A stretch of 64,000 nucleotides of DNA from Abditibacteriaceae bacterium (GTDB lineage Bacteria; Armatimonadota; Abditibacteriia; Abditibacteriales; Abditibacteriaceae), in assembly GCA_031372065.1 (NCBI GenBank), contig JANMKN010000244.1, positions 1 through 64,000 of the forward strand. The letters run 5' to 3'. The notes beneath the pieces are model-generated. The model saw only the letters and a program-made list of their open reading frames with translations. It was not told where the DNA came from and did no database searches. A program made the position numbers and the translations under genes. This document shows, piece by piece, positions 8,118-17,284 of this stretch (its first letter is position 1; every line of letters starts with the position of its first letter).

Positions 8118-9068
8118 GTGAAAATTCATTTGTCGCTCGCCGAACTTAACGCCTATGACCCACACGAGGGGCATAGGCGTTTGTGTCCGTTATGCGGCGA
8201 TGGCAAGCCGCGCGATAGCGCGCATCGTTCTTTGAGTTTCGATGCGCAAACTGGCCTGTGGAAATGCTTTCGCTGTGGTGAAAGCGGGAAATTGCGCGAG
8301 TTTTGGGAGCAAAAAGAAGATTTTCAGCCGCCACGCCAGCGTGGGCGCTCAAAATTGCGCGAAGCATTTAGCTTGACAGCGGCGCAGCCTGTTTCGAATC
8401 CGCAAATACCAATTGAAGACAATTTATCATGGCAGGCACATTGGAATGCCGCGCAGCTTTTGGCGGGCACAGCAGGTGAATTGTATGTGCAGCGGCGCGG
8501 CGTGCCCCTTTTAGTCGCAGAAGCGGCTGAAGTGCGCTTTGCCTCGGCTTGGTTTAATCAGGCGTCGGTGGTTTTTCCAATTAAAAATCGGCAAGGCGAA
8601 ATTATCGCGGCGCAGGGTAGGGCAGTGCGCGGCAATGCCAAATTAACATCAGGGCCAAAACGCAATGGCGTTTTCTTCGCGCCCGCGCCCAAATCGCACG
8701 CTGTAGAAAAAAACGACGTTTTTCGCCCTCTCGATGTTGTTTTGCCTGCGATTATCTTGACCGAAGCTCCGATTGACGCGCTTAGTTTGGCGGCTTGCGG
8801 TTTTCCGGCTTTGGCTTTGTGCGGCACCAGTGGGCCAGATTGGTTGCATATTTCTTGTGGTTTGCGTCGCGTTTTGTTGGCTTTTGATGCCGATGACGCC
8901 GGTGAGCAGGCTGCTTTGGTCATTGGAGATCGCTTGCAGCCTTTCGGCAGCAAATGTAAGCGCTTAATGCCGCCGCAGGGCAAAGACTGGAACGAGTGTT
9001 TAATAACTTTGGGCAACGCTGCGCTGACCGATTGGCTCACAACAATAATTTTGCTGGGCGCAAGCTAA
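8118..9068 (+). CDS. Zn-finger + TOPRIM primase-like protein
   Basis: CPLC...CFRC zinc ribbon; TOPRIM TEAPIDALS, AFDADDAG, KDWNE. Confidence 0.9.
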   Translation: MKIHLSLAELNAYDPHEGHRRLCPLCGDGKPRDSAHRSLSFDAQTGLWKCFRCGESGKLREFWEQKEDFQPPRQRGRSKLREAFSLTAAQPVSNPQIPIEDNLSWQAHWNAAQLLAGTAGELYVQRRGVPLLVAEAAEVRFASAWFNQASVVFPIKNRQGEIIAAQGRAVRGNAKLTSGPKRNGVFFAPAPKSHAVEKNDVFRPLDVVLPAIILTEAPIDALSLAACGFPALALCGTSGPDWLHISCGLRRVLLAFDADDAGEQAALVIGDRLQPFGSKCKRLMPPQGKDWNECLITLGNAALTDWLTTIILLGAS

Positions 9069-9097
9069 GGGAACTGGTGAAAACCCCTGTTTCGGCA

Positions 9098-9230
9098 CAC
9101 ACTCTGCTATGAGAGCTTTGGACACTCCCCGCGCATAAAGCGGGGGATTCTCGCTTCACTGAGAATTGCTGACTTTCGCCAGTCTGACATTCCCTCTGCG
9201 AGCATTTTGATTGTCCGAGTGCCCCTCGGC
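9098..9230 (-). ncRNA. Predicted omega-RNA of element 2, including the flank-derived guide (~9117-9098); 5' boundary uncertain
   Basis: Same conserved scaffold blocks as element 1; overlaps the tnpB 3' end. Confidence 0.7.
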
Positions 9231-10319
9231 CAATTTCAAAGATTCGCGCAAGATATTTTGCGCTGCGTTTAGGTCTCTCTGATGCTTTACACCGCAATCG
9301 CAAAACCAAACTCTATCAGAAAGTGTCAGTGTGTCGTTGACAGTGCCGCATCTCCCGCAGAGCTTGGAACTGGGGAACCAGCGCGACACTTTAACGAGGT
9401 GTCGCCGATTCCAAAGAGCCTTGTATTCGAGTTGTCGGTGCAGTTCGCCCAACGCGGCATCGTGAATGCTTTTGGCAAGACTGTGGTTTTTGGCCATGCC
9501 CTTCACATTCAAATCTTCGATGCCGATATGGTCAAACCTTGCAACCAAATCAGAACTCACTTTATGCACAAAATCAGCGCGGCAATTCGTGACTTTGCGG
9601 TGAACTTTCGCCACGCGCAACTTCGCTTTCTGGCGCCGATTACTGCCGATCTTAGCGCGACTCAGCGCCTTTTGCGACTTGCGGAGTTTTCTTTGTGCCT
9701 TGCGAAAGAACTTAGGGGCGGACACGGCTTCTCCGTTGGAAAGCGTCACAAAGTCTTTCAAGCCCATGTCAATGCCAATTGGCTTTTGTGCGACTGGCAA
9801 AGCGGTGTCGGGCATTTCAAATTCAGCCGTGAGCGTCACGAACCAGTCGCCGCAAGCATCGCGCTTGAAGGTCGCGCTTTTGGTTTGCCCGTCAATTTCT
9901 TGCGACTGGCGAATGCTAATCCAACCGATTTTAGGGCAGTAGACTTTTCCTGCTTCGACTCTGACGCGCTGTGGAATGCGAAAGGCAAAGTGCCCTTTAT
10001 TGCGGCTTTTGAACTTCGGGAAGCAGGCGCGCTTGGCAAAGAAACCTTGAAACGCCTTGTCCAAGTCTTTGAGGCTTTGTTGCAAAAGTTGGGAGTCGGC
10101 TTCTTTGAGCCAAACAGTTGCTTCCTGTTTTTTCAGCGCCGTCAACTCAAGCGACAAATCTTTGGCGCTCAGGCTTTTGCCGGTGGCCTTGAAAATATCA
10201 TTGCGTCGTGCCAGCGCCCAATTGTAGACGAAGCGCCGCGAACCGGACAGGCGATAAAGCCCGTTGGTTTGTTCGGCGTTCGGTTCCAATTTAAAGCGAT
10301 AGACGCGGCGCAGTTTCAT
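9156..10319 (-). CDS. tnpB: RNA-guided endonuclease TnpB
   Basis: N-terminal YRFKLEPNAEQ (OrfB HTH-like); RuvC IGIDMG, GIEDL, QRDLNAAQN; Zn finger CGRC...CDC. Confidence 0.95.
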   Translation of the reverse strand: MKLRRVYRFKLEPNAEQTNGLYRLSGSRRFVYNWALARRNDIFKATGKSLSAKDLSLELTALKKQEATVWLKEADSQLLQQSLKDLDKAFQGFFAKRACFPKFKSRNKGHFAFRIPQRVRVEAGKVYCPKIGWISIRQSQEIDGQTKSATFKRDACGDWFVTLTAEFEMPDTALPVAQKPIGIDMGLKDFVTLSNGEAVSAPKFFRKAQRKLRKSQKALSRAKIGSNRRQKAKLRVAKVHRKVTNCRADFVHKVSSDLVARFDHIGIEDLNVKGMAKNHSLAKSIHDAALGELHRQLEYKALWNRRHLVKVSRWFPSSKLCGRCGTVNDTLTLSDRVWFCDCGVKHQRDLNAAQNILRESLKLAEGHSDNQNARRGNVRLAKVSNSQ

Positions 10320-10450
10320 TTTGCTTTTTTTGATTCTTTACGAATCAGAAACTCCAACATACTTGCTTGGCTGAGTCCGTTTTTCTCAGCCAATTCTTTG
10401 AGCAAACGAGTCGCCTCTTCGCTCAATCGAAAACTCACTGCCTTTTTCAT
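10316..10450 (-). CDS. 44-aa ribbon-helix-helix (CopG/Arc-like) protein, translationally coupled to tnpB (not in ORF track)
   Basis: MKKAVSFRLSEEATRLLKELAEKNGLSQASMLEFLIRKESKKAK*; alternating beta strand followed by two helices with the G-x-S turn; its TGA overlaps the tnpB ATG (ATGA). Confidence 0.8.
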   Translation of the reverse strand: MKKAVSFRLSEEATRLLKELAEKNGLSQASMLEFLIRKESKKAK

Positions 10451-10599
10451 AAGGTTTAGTGTATCGCAATGCGCGATGCGCGATGCGCAACAAGCCGTCT
10501 TTCAGACGGCGCGGCTTATCTGCCCAAAGGGCACCCTCCTCGGATAAATCCGGGGCTTTACGCCGCTTTAGGTAACAATTCTCGACAGAGGTATTTTCA

Positions 10600-11442
10600 A
10601 TGCAATGGGGTAATAGCCGTCGAAGCGACAATGTGGAAGACCGGCGCGGTTTGGGCGGGGCTTTACCCGTTACGGGTGGCATAGGCACGCTGCTGGTGGC
10701 TTTGGTCATTTATTTTATGGGCGGCGATCCGACGGTAGTTTTGCAGCCTTCGGGAGGTTCCAATACACAAACCACACGGCAGACGAACCCAAATGCGCCT
10801 GATGACGAAGGCAAAAAATTCGTCTCGTTGGTTTTGGGCAACACCGAAGATGTCTGGCAGCAAATTTTCAAAGAAAACGGGCGTCGTTATCGTGAGCCGA
10901 AATTGGTTTTGTTTAGCGGACGCGTGCAATCGGCTTGCGGTATTGCTGGCTCGGCGTCAGGGCCGTTTTATTGTCCCGAAGATGAAAAAGTTTACATTGA
11001 CCTTGACTTCTATCGAGAATTGCGTGATCGCTTTCAGGCGCCCGGCGATTTCGCGCAGGCTTATGTCATTGCACACGAAGTTGGACATCACGTTCAGAAA
11101 CAACTGGGCATTATGTCGAAAGTGCAAGAGTTTCAACATCGCTCTGGTCAGGCTGGTTCGAACAAAATTTCGGTGCGTCTTGAGTTGCAAGCTGATTATT
11201 TTGCGGGCGTTTGGGCACATTATGCGGCCAAGCGTGGCATTTTAGAAGCGGGCGACGTAGAAGAAGGCTTGCGCGCGGCCAATGCGATTGGCGACGACAA
11301 GTTGCAGCAGGAAAGTCAGGGTTATGTCGTGCCTGATTCATTTACGCATGGCAGTTCGGCACAGCGGCTTTACTGGTTTAAAAAGGGTCTGCAAAGTGGG
11401 GACCTCAGTCAAGGTAAGACCTTTGACGCCGATGCGCCGTAA
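10600..11442 (+). CDS. Neutral zinc metallopeptidase (YpfJ-like)
   Basis: RRSDNVEDRR N-terminus, GPFYCP, AHEVGHHVQ (HExxH), ELQAD, PDSFTHGS. Confidence 0.92.
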   Translation: MQWGNSRRSDNVEDRRGLGGALPVTGGIGTLLVALVIYFMGGDPTVVLQPSGGSNTQTTRQTNPNAPDDEGKKFVSLVLGNTEDVWQQIFKENGRRYREPKLVLFSGRVQSACGIAGSASGPFYCPEDEKVYIDLDFYRELRDRFQAPGDFAQAYVIAHEVGHHVQKQLGIMSKVQEFQHRSGQAGSNKISVRLELQADYFAGVWAHYAAKRGILEAGDVEEGLRAANAIGDDKLQQESQGYVVPDSFTHGSSAQRLYWFKKGLQSGDLSQGKTFDADAP

Positions 11443-11468
11443 GATTGAAATTAAGTAAATTAGCTGCA

Positions 11469-11510
11469 AGAAAGACGGGCCATGAATTTCAATTCATGGC
11501 CCGTCTTTCT
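11469..11510. terminator. Long hairpin, probable intrinsic terminator
   Basis: AGAAAGACGGGCCATGAATT-TC-AATTCATGGCCCGTCTTTCT directly after the peptidase stop. Confidence 0.75.
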
Positions 11511-11868
11511 GAAGAATATAGCTTTATCGTAGGAACTCAACACAATTATGCCAATTATGTGATTACGCTGGCGGGGTTGTGTTCATCGTTAAAATCTCAG
11601 TAAAATTAACTTCGGTGCGTTAATATGCACCATTTCGGCAGTGTCTTTTTAGCCTGCTAACCTGCTTGAAATGGAAACTTAAAAGGTTTAGCAAGAGCTT
11701 GCCAGCCCCTGTGACCGGGAACTTCGGTAGGGTAACCACGTCGCTCGCTTCTCATCAAAACCATATAAAATGCAATTACGGAACTTTTGCATTTGGCGTA
11801 AGCCACATGAGCCGACCAGAGAATATTTCTTTGGAAGGCTGTTTCGCAGCAACCATCACACACAAACC

Positions 11869-14800
11869 ATGCGACAATTTCGGATTCTTCGCCCCTTGAC
11901 GGCTCATTTGGCCTTGCTTGCTGTTATAGCAACATCTGCCTTTAGTCAAACCAGCGTGCCAGCAACCGGCACCGCTCCTGCGGCTCCCGGTGGCACCGCT
12001 CCCAGTGGAACGGCTCCTGCAACGCCGGGAGTGCCAATAGCACCAGCACCACCAACGACTACACCTGTGGTGCCTCCAAACTCGACAACCCTACTGCCTC
12101 CTGGTTCAGTGCTTCCAACGACGCCGGGAACAACAGTGCCACCTGTGGCGGATAATTCTATTCCTGAAATCAAACCTTTGGTTTCAGAGCAGGCAGCAGG
12201 ATTAAAACTATTTGGACGCGAGCTATTTTCATCAACTTTAGCATCTTCGGAGCCTAATGCTGATGCGCCGGTGCCACCAAACTATGTTTTAGGAGCCGGC
12301 GATGTTTTGTCTATCTTGCTGTGGTCGGGAACCACAGAATACGAGCGCTCCAACAATATCATTGCTCCTAATGGCAACATTTATCTCAAATTGCTCGGTA
12401 GCATTCCTTTGTCCGAAAAGACTATCGCTCAAGCTCAAGAAGAATTGAGGCGCCGCTATAGCAAATTTTATAAGCAATTTAATTTGACCGTAGAAGTTGT
12501 CGGGCGCCGCACGATTCCAATTTTCGTGGTTGGCGAAGTAGCGCGGCCCGGCAAATATACACTTTCCAGTTTGTCCACGGTTTTTAGTGCGCTTTATGCG
12601 GCGGGAGGCCCAACCGATCATGGATCGCTTCGTCAGATTCGCCTGATGCGCCAACAGCGACTTGTCAGCGAAATTGATGTGTATAGTTATTTGATCAATG
12701 GCAAAGCAGTTGATTTACAACTAAAAGCGGGCGACACCGTGTTCGTTCCCATTGCTGACAAGGTGGTTTCTGTTTCTGGCGAAGTGCGTCGTCCTGCGAA
12801 ATATGAATTAACTGCCAAGGACAACAATTTAGGAAGTGCCGTCAGGCTGGCAGGTGGAGTTACTTCGCAAAGCACGGAGCGCATCCGCTTAACCAGAGTT
12901 GATGAAGCCTCGCACCAGCGAAAAATTTCCGAACTGGTGCTGTCTGTAACGGCGGCACTACCTCTTCAAGATGGCGATGAAATTTTTGCTGTTCCAGTTT
13001 TGCCCTTCACGCGTAACGCAGTGCAATTGACGGGCGCAGTCAACCGTCCCGGCGAATATTCAATTGAACAGGCGCCTACGGTGGCGGCTTTATTACGTCA
13101 GGCCGATGGCCTGACGCCTGCTGCTTACGCAGAGCAGGCTATGATCACGCGCCTTGGTGAAGGTTTGGTGCGTAGCCAAATTACAGTGAATTTGCGTGCC
13201 ATCATGGCGGGTCAAGCTGGAACAGATGTCAAACTTGAGCCGGGTGACACGCTGCAAGTTTATAATCGTTCCGAGTTATCCGAGCTTCTTGATACAGTGT
13301 CCGTTATGGGGCAGGTTATCAAGCCGGGCATTTATCCCTACAAAACGGATATGCGCGTGAGAGACCTTTTGCAAGTCGCATTTGGCCCGACGACGAAGGC
13401 CTATTTGACTCAAGCGCAAATTTTCAGGTTCAGAATAGGCGAACAACCTGAACTTATCACGATTGATTTGGAAAAAGCGTTAGCGGGAGATGTAGCCAAT
13501 AACGTTTTATTGCGCCCACGCGACCAATTGCGAGTTTATGACCGTGCTGAATTGCCTGAATTGTTGGATACCGTGACGGTTAATGGCGAAGTAACCAAAC
13601 CGGGTAGTTATCCTTTTCATACAGATATGCGGGTAGCTGACTTGTTGCGTTCTGCCTTAGGCGTAACGACTAAGACTTATTTGCCTTTGGCTGAAATTTA
13701 CCGTTATGGTGTGGGCACTGAACCAGCGATGATGACTGTGAACATCGCTAAAGCGTTAGCGGGTGACGCGCAGAATAACGTGGTTCTTCAACCCAGAGAC
13801 CGTATGGTCGTTCATGCAAGGGCTGATGTGCAAGATCTTATTGTGCGCGTTGAAGGCGAGGTCGTTACACCGGGTGGCATTCCATTCTTTCAAGGCATGA
13901 AGGCCTCGGAAGCCCTATTCGCTGCGGGTGGGTTAAAACCTGATGTTGCTCTTGATAACGCCCTGCTGATTCGTCTCAATCCAGACACATTTGCAGAGGA
14001 ATTAATTGAGTTGTCGCTACGCGATGTTCTGGCTCGTATTCCCGGCAAAGATATTTTGTTACAGAATCGGGATAGATTAATCGTTTATCCCATTTCGCAA
14101 TTGGGCGAACAGCGTCAAGTGAGAATTGAGGGTGCTGTTGCTGCACCGGGCCTATATCCCTATTTTGGTGATATGCGTGTGAGTAATTTGCTCTTCTTGG
14201 CGAAGAATTTGAATGTTGACGCCTACGCCCGTCGTGCTGACCTTTATCGCTTGCGCCCGGATAATACTACCGAAATTATCCCCATTGATCTGTCGAAGGC
14301 CATGCTGGGTCTTACATCGTCAGATAATCCAGTGCTGAAACCGCAAGATCGTTTGGTGGTTTCGACTCGTGAACAAATGGAGGAAATTCCGCTCGTCAAG
14401 ATTGACGGTTATGTTCGTAGGCCGGGACCGTATTTCCTTACCGAGGGCATGAAGTTGTCGGATTTAATTCATCTGTCTGGCGGTCTCACACCGGATGCGC
14501 GTCCGCAAGTAGATGTTTACCGCGTTGAAAATGGTATCGCGCACTCCGAAACGATTCCGATCAAGTTCCAAGAAGGCGTTGCAATTCCCGAAAAAGATAT
14601 GGTTTTGCAGGCGCGTGATTTGGTAAGTGTGCAAGGCAATTCGGACTTTATCAGCGTGACGGAAACCATCACCATGGAGGGTATGGTGGCCCATCCTGGT
14701 GTGTATCCCGCTTACAATGAAAATCGGCGTCATCCGAAGACTTTCTATCAAGCCATCAAGGAATCTGGAGGCCTGCTGCCCGAAGCCTATCCTAACGGTA

Positions 14801-15684
14801 TCGTTTTATACCGTGAACAATCGATTATTCATACTAATCGCCAACAGCAAGAACTCAATCGGACTTTGAACTATCTGGATGCGTCTGTGGGGCTGAATAC
14901 TCCGGTAGCACAAGCGGGAACCACGCCACCAGCAACAGGAACGGCGCCACCGACAACAGGAACGGCGCCTCCAACAACAGCAACTACACCGCCCACGGGA
15001 ACTACAACAGGAACGACGCCACCGACAACAGGAACTACAACAGGAACGACACCTGTAGCAACGGGAACTACACTATCAGCGACAGGAACGACGCCATCGG
15101 GCAGTGCAATTCCTGTTGAGGCGACTGCTACCACGCTTAATCAGGCGAACGCGCAAAACATCAACAATATTTCGCGTTCTTTGGCTCAGGTCATCAGCAC
15201 CGACAATGGTGATACGGTAGTTTTGGTTTCTCCTCCCCGGAGTATGCAAGAGCAGAAATTCAGCCTGACTTTGCCTGTTGATGCAAAAACTGTGGTGAAT
15301 TCCAACGGCACTGTTGGCGATTTCGTGCTTCAACCGGGAGATGTTTTATATGTTCCAGAGCGCCCGACGACGGTTACTGTGTTAGGTGGCGTCATCAACA
15401 ACGGCTCCTTAGTTTTCCAGGAAGGCCAGAACTTGAATTACTATCTCAACTTAGCGGGTGGCACTGCTCCGGACGGCGAAGCCAAGCGTATTGTTGTAAT
15501 GCGCTTGAACGGACGCGTTGTGCCCTTGAAGCAAGTCAAAGCCATTGAGCCTGGTGACATCATTATTGTGCCGACCAAGTTCATTATTAACAGCATCCAT
15601 ACCAAAAATGGATTCCAGCGGGCACTTCAATCAATCTCTGAGACGGCACTTTCCGTGTTTTCGATTTCGAAACTGATTAAGTAG
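11869..15684 (+). CDS. Polysaccharide export protein (Wza/KpsD-like) with many SLBB domains
   Basis: Signal peptide after ATG 11869; PPNYVLGAGD Poly_export motif; repeated V-x-G-x-V-x-x-PG-x-Y...L-x-x-x-D SLBB units. Confidence 0.9.
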   Translation: MRQFRILRPLTAHLALLAVIATSAFSQTSVPATGTAPAAPGGTAPSGTAPATPGVPIAPAPPTTTPVVPPNSTTLLPPGSVLPTTPGTTVPPVADNSIPEIKPLVSEQAAGLKLFGRELFSSTLASSEPNADAPVPPNYVLGAGDVLSILLWSGTTEYERSNNIIAPNGNIYLKLLGSIPLSEKTIAQAQEELRRRYSKFYKQFNLTVEVVGRRTIPIFVVGEVARPGKYTLSSLSTVFSALYAAGGPTDHGSLRQIRLMRQQRLVSEIDVYSYLINGKAVDLQLKAGDTVFVPIADKVVSVSGEVRRPAKYELTAKDNNLGSAVRLAGGVTSQSTERIRLTRVDEASHQRKISELVLSVTAALPLQDGDEIFAVPVLPFTRNAVQLTGAVNRPGEYSIEQAPTVAALLRQADGLTPAAYAEQAMITRLGEGLVRSQITVNLRAIMAGQAGTDVKLEPGDTLQVYNRSELSELLDTVSVMGQVIKPGIYPYKTDMRVRDLLQVAFGPTTKAYLTQAQIFRFRIGEQPELITIDLEKALAGDVANNVLLRPRDQLRVYDRAELPELLDTVTVNGEVTKPGSYPFHTDMRVADLLRSALGVTTKTYLPLAEIYRYGVGTEPAMMTVNIAKALAGDAQNNVVLQPRDRMVVHARADVQDLIVRVEGEVVTPGGIPFFQGMKASEALFAAGGLKPDVALDNALLIRLNPDTFAEELIELSLRDVLARIPGKDILLQNRDRLIVYPISQLGEQRQVRIEGAVAAPGLYPYFGDMRVSNLLFLAKNLNVDAYARRADLYRLRPDNTTEIIPIDLSKAMLGLTSSDNPVLKPQDRLVVSTREQMEEIPLVKIDGYVRRPGPYFLTEGMKLSDLIHLSGGLTPDARPQVDVYRVENGIAHSETIPIKFQEGVAIPEKDMVLQARDLVSVQGNSDFISVTETITMEGMVAHPGVYPAYNENRRHPKTFYQAIKESGGLLPEAYPNGIVLYREQSIIHTNRQQQELNRTLNYLDASVGLNTPVAQAGTTPPATGTAPPTTGTAPPTTATTPPTGTTTGTTPPTTGTTTGTTPVATGTTLSATGTTPSGSAIPVEATATTLNQANAQNINNISRSLAQVISTDNGDTVVLVSPPRSMQEQKFSLTLPVDAKTVVNSNGTVGDFVLQPGDVLYVPERPTTVTVLGGVINNGSLVFQEGQNLNYYLNLAGGTAPDGEAKRIVVMRLNGRVVPLKQVKAIEPGDIIIVPTKFIINSIHTKNGFQRALQSISETALSVFSISKLIK
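14915..15100 (+). repeat. Thr/Gly/Pro-rich coding tandem repeat (GTAPPTT/GTTTGTTPP units) within the export protein
   Basis: Recurring ACAGGAAC(G/T)...CCACC units; a similar PATGTAP segment occurs at the N-terminus. Confidence 0.7.
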
Positions 15685-15721
15685 TGCTGGAAAACTCCAC
15701 AGAATTACATTGGCATTTGAC

Positions 15722-17203
15722 ATGAAGAGATCTTCAACAATAACGATGAGTGAATCAGCACAAATTGCCGTGCCTGAACTGCCGCAACGCCCGCAAATGT
15801 TCAGCATTGTGCGGCAGTATTCCAAGATGCTGATTATTGGCGCTGTGCTGGGATTGGCAATTGGATTGGCTCTGGCCTTAACACGTCAGCAGACATTTAC
15901 CTGTCAGGCAACGCTGCTGTTCCCCTCGGCAGTTCCTTCGGGGGGTGCAGTTTCGGCGATTCTTGGCGGCGGCGGCGGCGATCCCAGCCTGCCGATTTTA
16001 TCGGGAGCACTTTCAGCTCCACAAGTGGGTTCCAATGCGAACACAGCAGTGCTGATGGTGGAAAGCCACCGTTTAGGAAAGCAGGTAATCCACAAACTCG
16101 GCCTGAAGGAAAAGTGGAAATTGGATGACTGGGTAAGTGTCACCAGAAAATTTGAGAATAACCTGCAATGCAGTCCCGGTAAAAGTGGTGAGTTGTATGT
16201 TTCTTTTCGAGATCAGTCAAAGGAATTGTCTTATAAAGTTACGAAACAGGTTTTGAACGAGTTGAAAGTTCTCATCGCAGAGCTTCGGATGGATCCTGCG
16301 GCTGATAATGTTACGTTTTTGCAGAAAAAAGTTGATGGTGAAAAGAAAAAGCTGGAAAACGCACAGCGCAGTTTTGCAACTTATCAGCGCAAGACTCAAC
16401 TGCTGGATTTAACTTCGCAGGGACAGTTTTTGGCCCAAAGGTATGCCGATCTGCAAAAGGATGCGGCGGCGGCCCAATTGGAAGCGGAAATTGCTGACCG
16501 GCAAGTTTCCATGTTGTCCAGTAGCACCAAACAAATGGTCACGTCGGCGATAGATCCCAACCCATCAACGGGAAGCACATTGAGTCCGCTTTATCAGAAA
16601 GTCAAAGAAGCAGAAGCACAATTGGCTTTGCTCAAGTATCAACTTACCGATGACCATCCGCAGGTTCAAGAACAAAAGCGTATTTTGTTTGAGGCCCGAC
16701 AGCAATTGCGAGCTGAAACTAACCGACAACTCTCCGTTGTGAACTCTGGAGCTTCGCCGATGTTGAACGCTGCCATAGTGCAGGCAGCGGCGAGCAGGGC
16801 GCGAGCAGCAGGATTGCAACAGGCAACTGCAGGAGTGGTTAAAAAAATTGACCAACTTCCCAATCAAGCTGCTGGCTTTTTGAATTTACAAGCGCAAGTC
16901 CAAGGTCATGCCGCAGCTGTCCTCCTCTATCAAACAGAACTCGAAAAAGCGAAAATTTTAACGCAATCGCGTGGCCCCTCCCTCATTGAATTAGACCCGC
17001 CGGAGCTGCCCTTAACGCCTAATAAAACGTCTCGCACCATGTTGGTATTGTTTTGTGTGATGTTGGGTATTGCTCTCGCTTCAATATTTCCTTATCGGGA
17101 ATGGCAGCAACGCAATGATGAATATGAAGACCTGCTCTATGTTATGAGGCAAAATCAATTTATAGAGCGCCCCAGAGATGTGCAGCGTGCTTTAGAGGGT
17201 TGA
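15722..17203 (+). CDS. Polysaccharide co-polymerase / chain-length regulator (GumC/Wzc-like, no kinase domain)
   Basis: Two TM segments flanking a coiled coil; TDDHPQV motif; LDPPELP before the second TM. Start uncertain. Confidence 0.85.
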   Translation: MKRSSTITMSESAQIAVPELPQRPQMFSIVRQYSKMLIIGAVLGLAIGLALALTRQQTFTCQATLLFPSAVPSGGAVSAILGGGGGDPSLPILSGALSAPQVGSNANTAVLMVESHRLGKQVIHKLGLKEKWKLDDWVSVTRKFENNLQCSPGKSGELYVSFRDQSKELSYKVTKQVLNELKVLIAELRMDPAADNVTFLQKKVDGEKKKLENAQRSFATYQRKTQLLDLTSQGQFLAQRYADLQKDAAAAQLEAEIADRQVSMLSSSTKQMVTSAIDPNPSTGSTLSPLYQKVKEAEAQLALLKYQLTDDHPQVQEQKRILFEARQQLRAETNRQLSVVNSGASPMLNAAIVQAAASRARAAGLQQATAGVVKKIDQLPNQAAGFLNLQAQVQGHAAAVLLYQTELEKAKILTQSRGPSLIELDPPELPLTPNKTSRTMLVLFCVMLGIALASIFPYREWQQRNDEYEDLLYVMRQNQFIERPRDVQRALEG

Positions 17204-17284
17204 GAGTTTGTCTTCTCTTGTGATTTTTCTTGTTATACGGTAGTCTTTCCGTATTTAGGGATAAGGTGAAGGGCCAGGCTTTCG

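Larger units (their letters stand above)
9118..10571 (-). mobile_element. IS200/IS605-family element 2 (RHH gene + tnpB, no tnpA)
   Basis: Minus strand: TTAC (10575-10572), then left end CTAAAGCGGCGTAAAGCCCCGGATTTATCCGAGGAGGGTGCCCTTTGGGCAGATAAGCC, closely similar to element 1. Right end GAATCCCCCGCTTTATGCGCGGGGAGTGTCCAA. Confidence 0.85.

Noticed and set aside
9156..10319. Cas12-type effector call for either TnpB
   Set aside because: About 380 aa, flanked by IS ends, and no CRISPR array nearby.
9282..10547. 421-aa plus-strand ORF
   Set aside because: Antisense shadow of tnpB and the RHH gene; no recognisable motifs.
895..10571. The two tnpB elements as a composite transposon mobilising the par/rep core
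   Set aside because: They are inverted. IS200/IS605 excision needs a left and a right end on the same strand, and both outer ends here are left ends.
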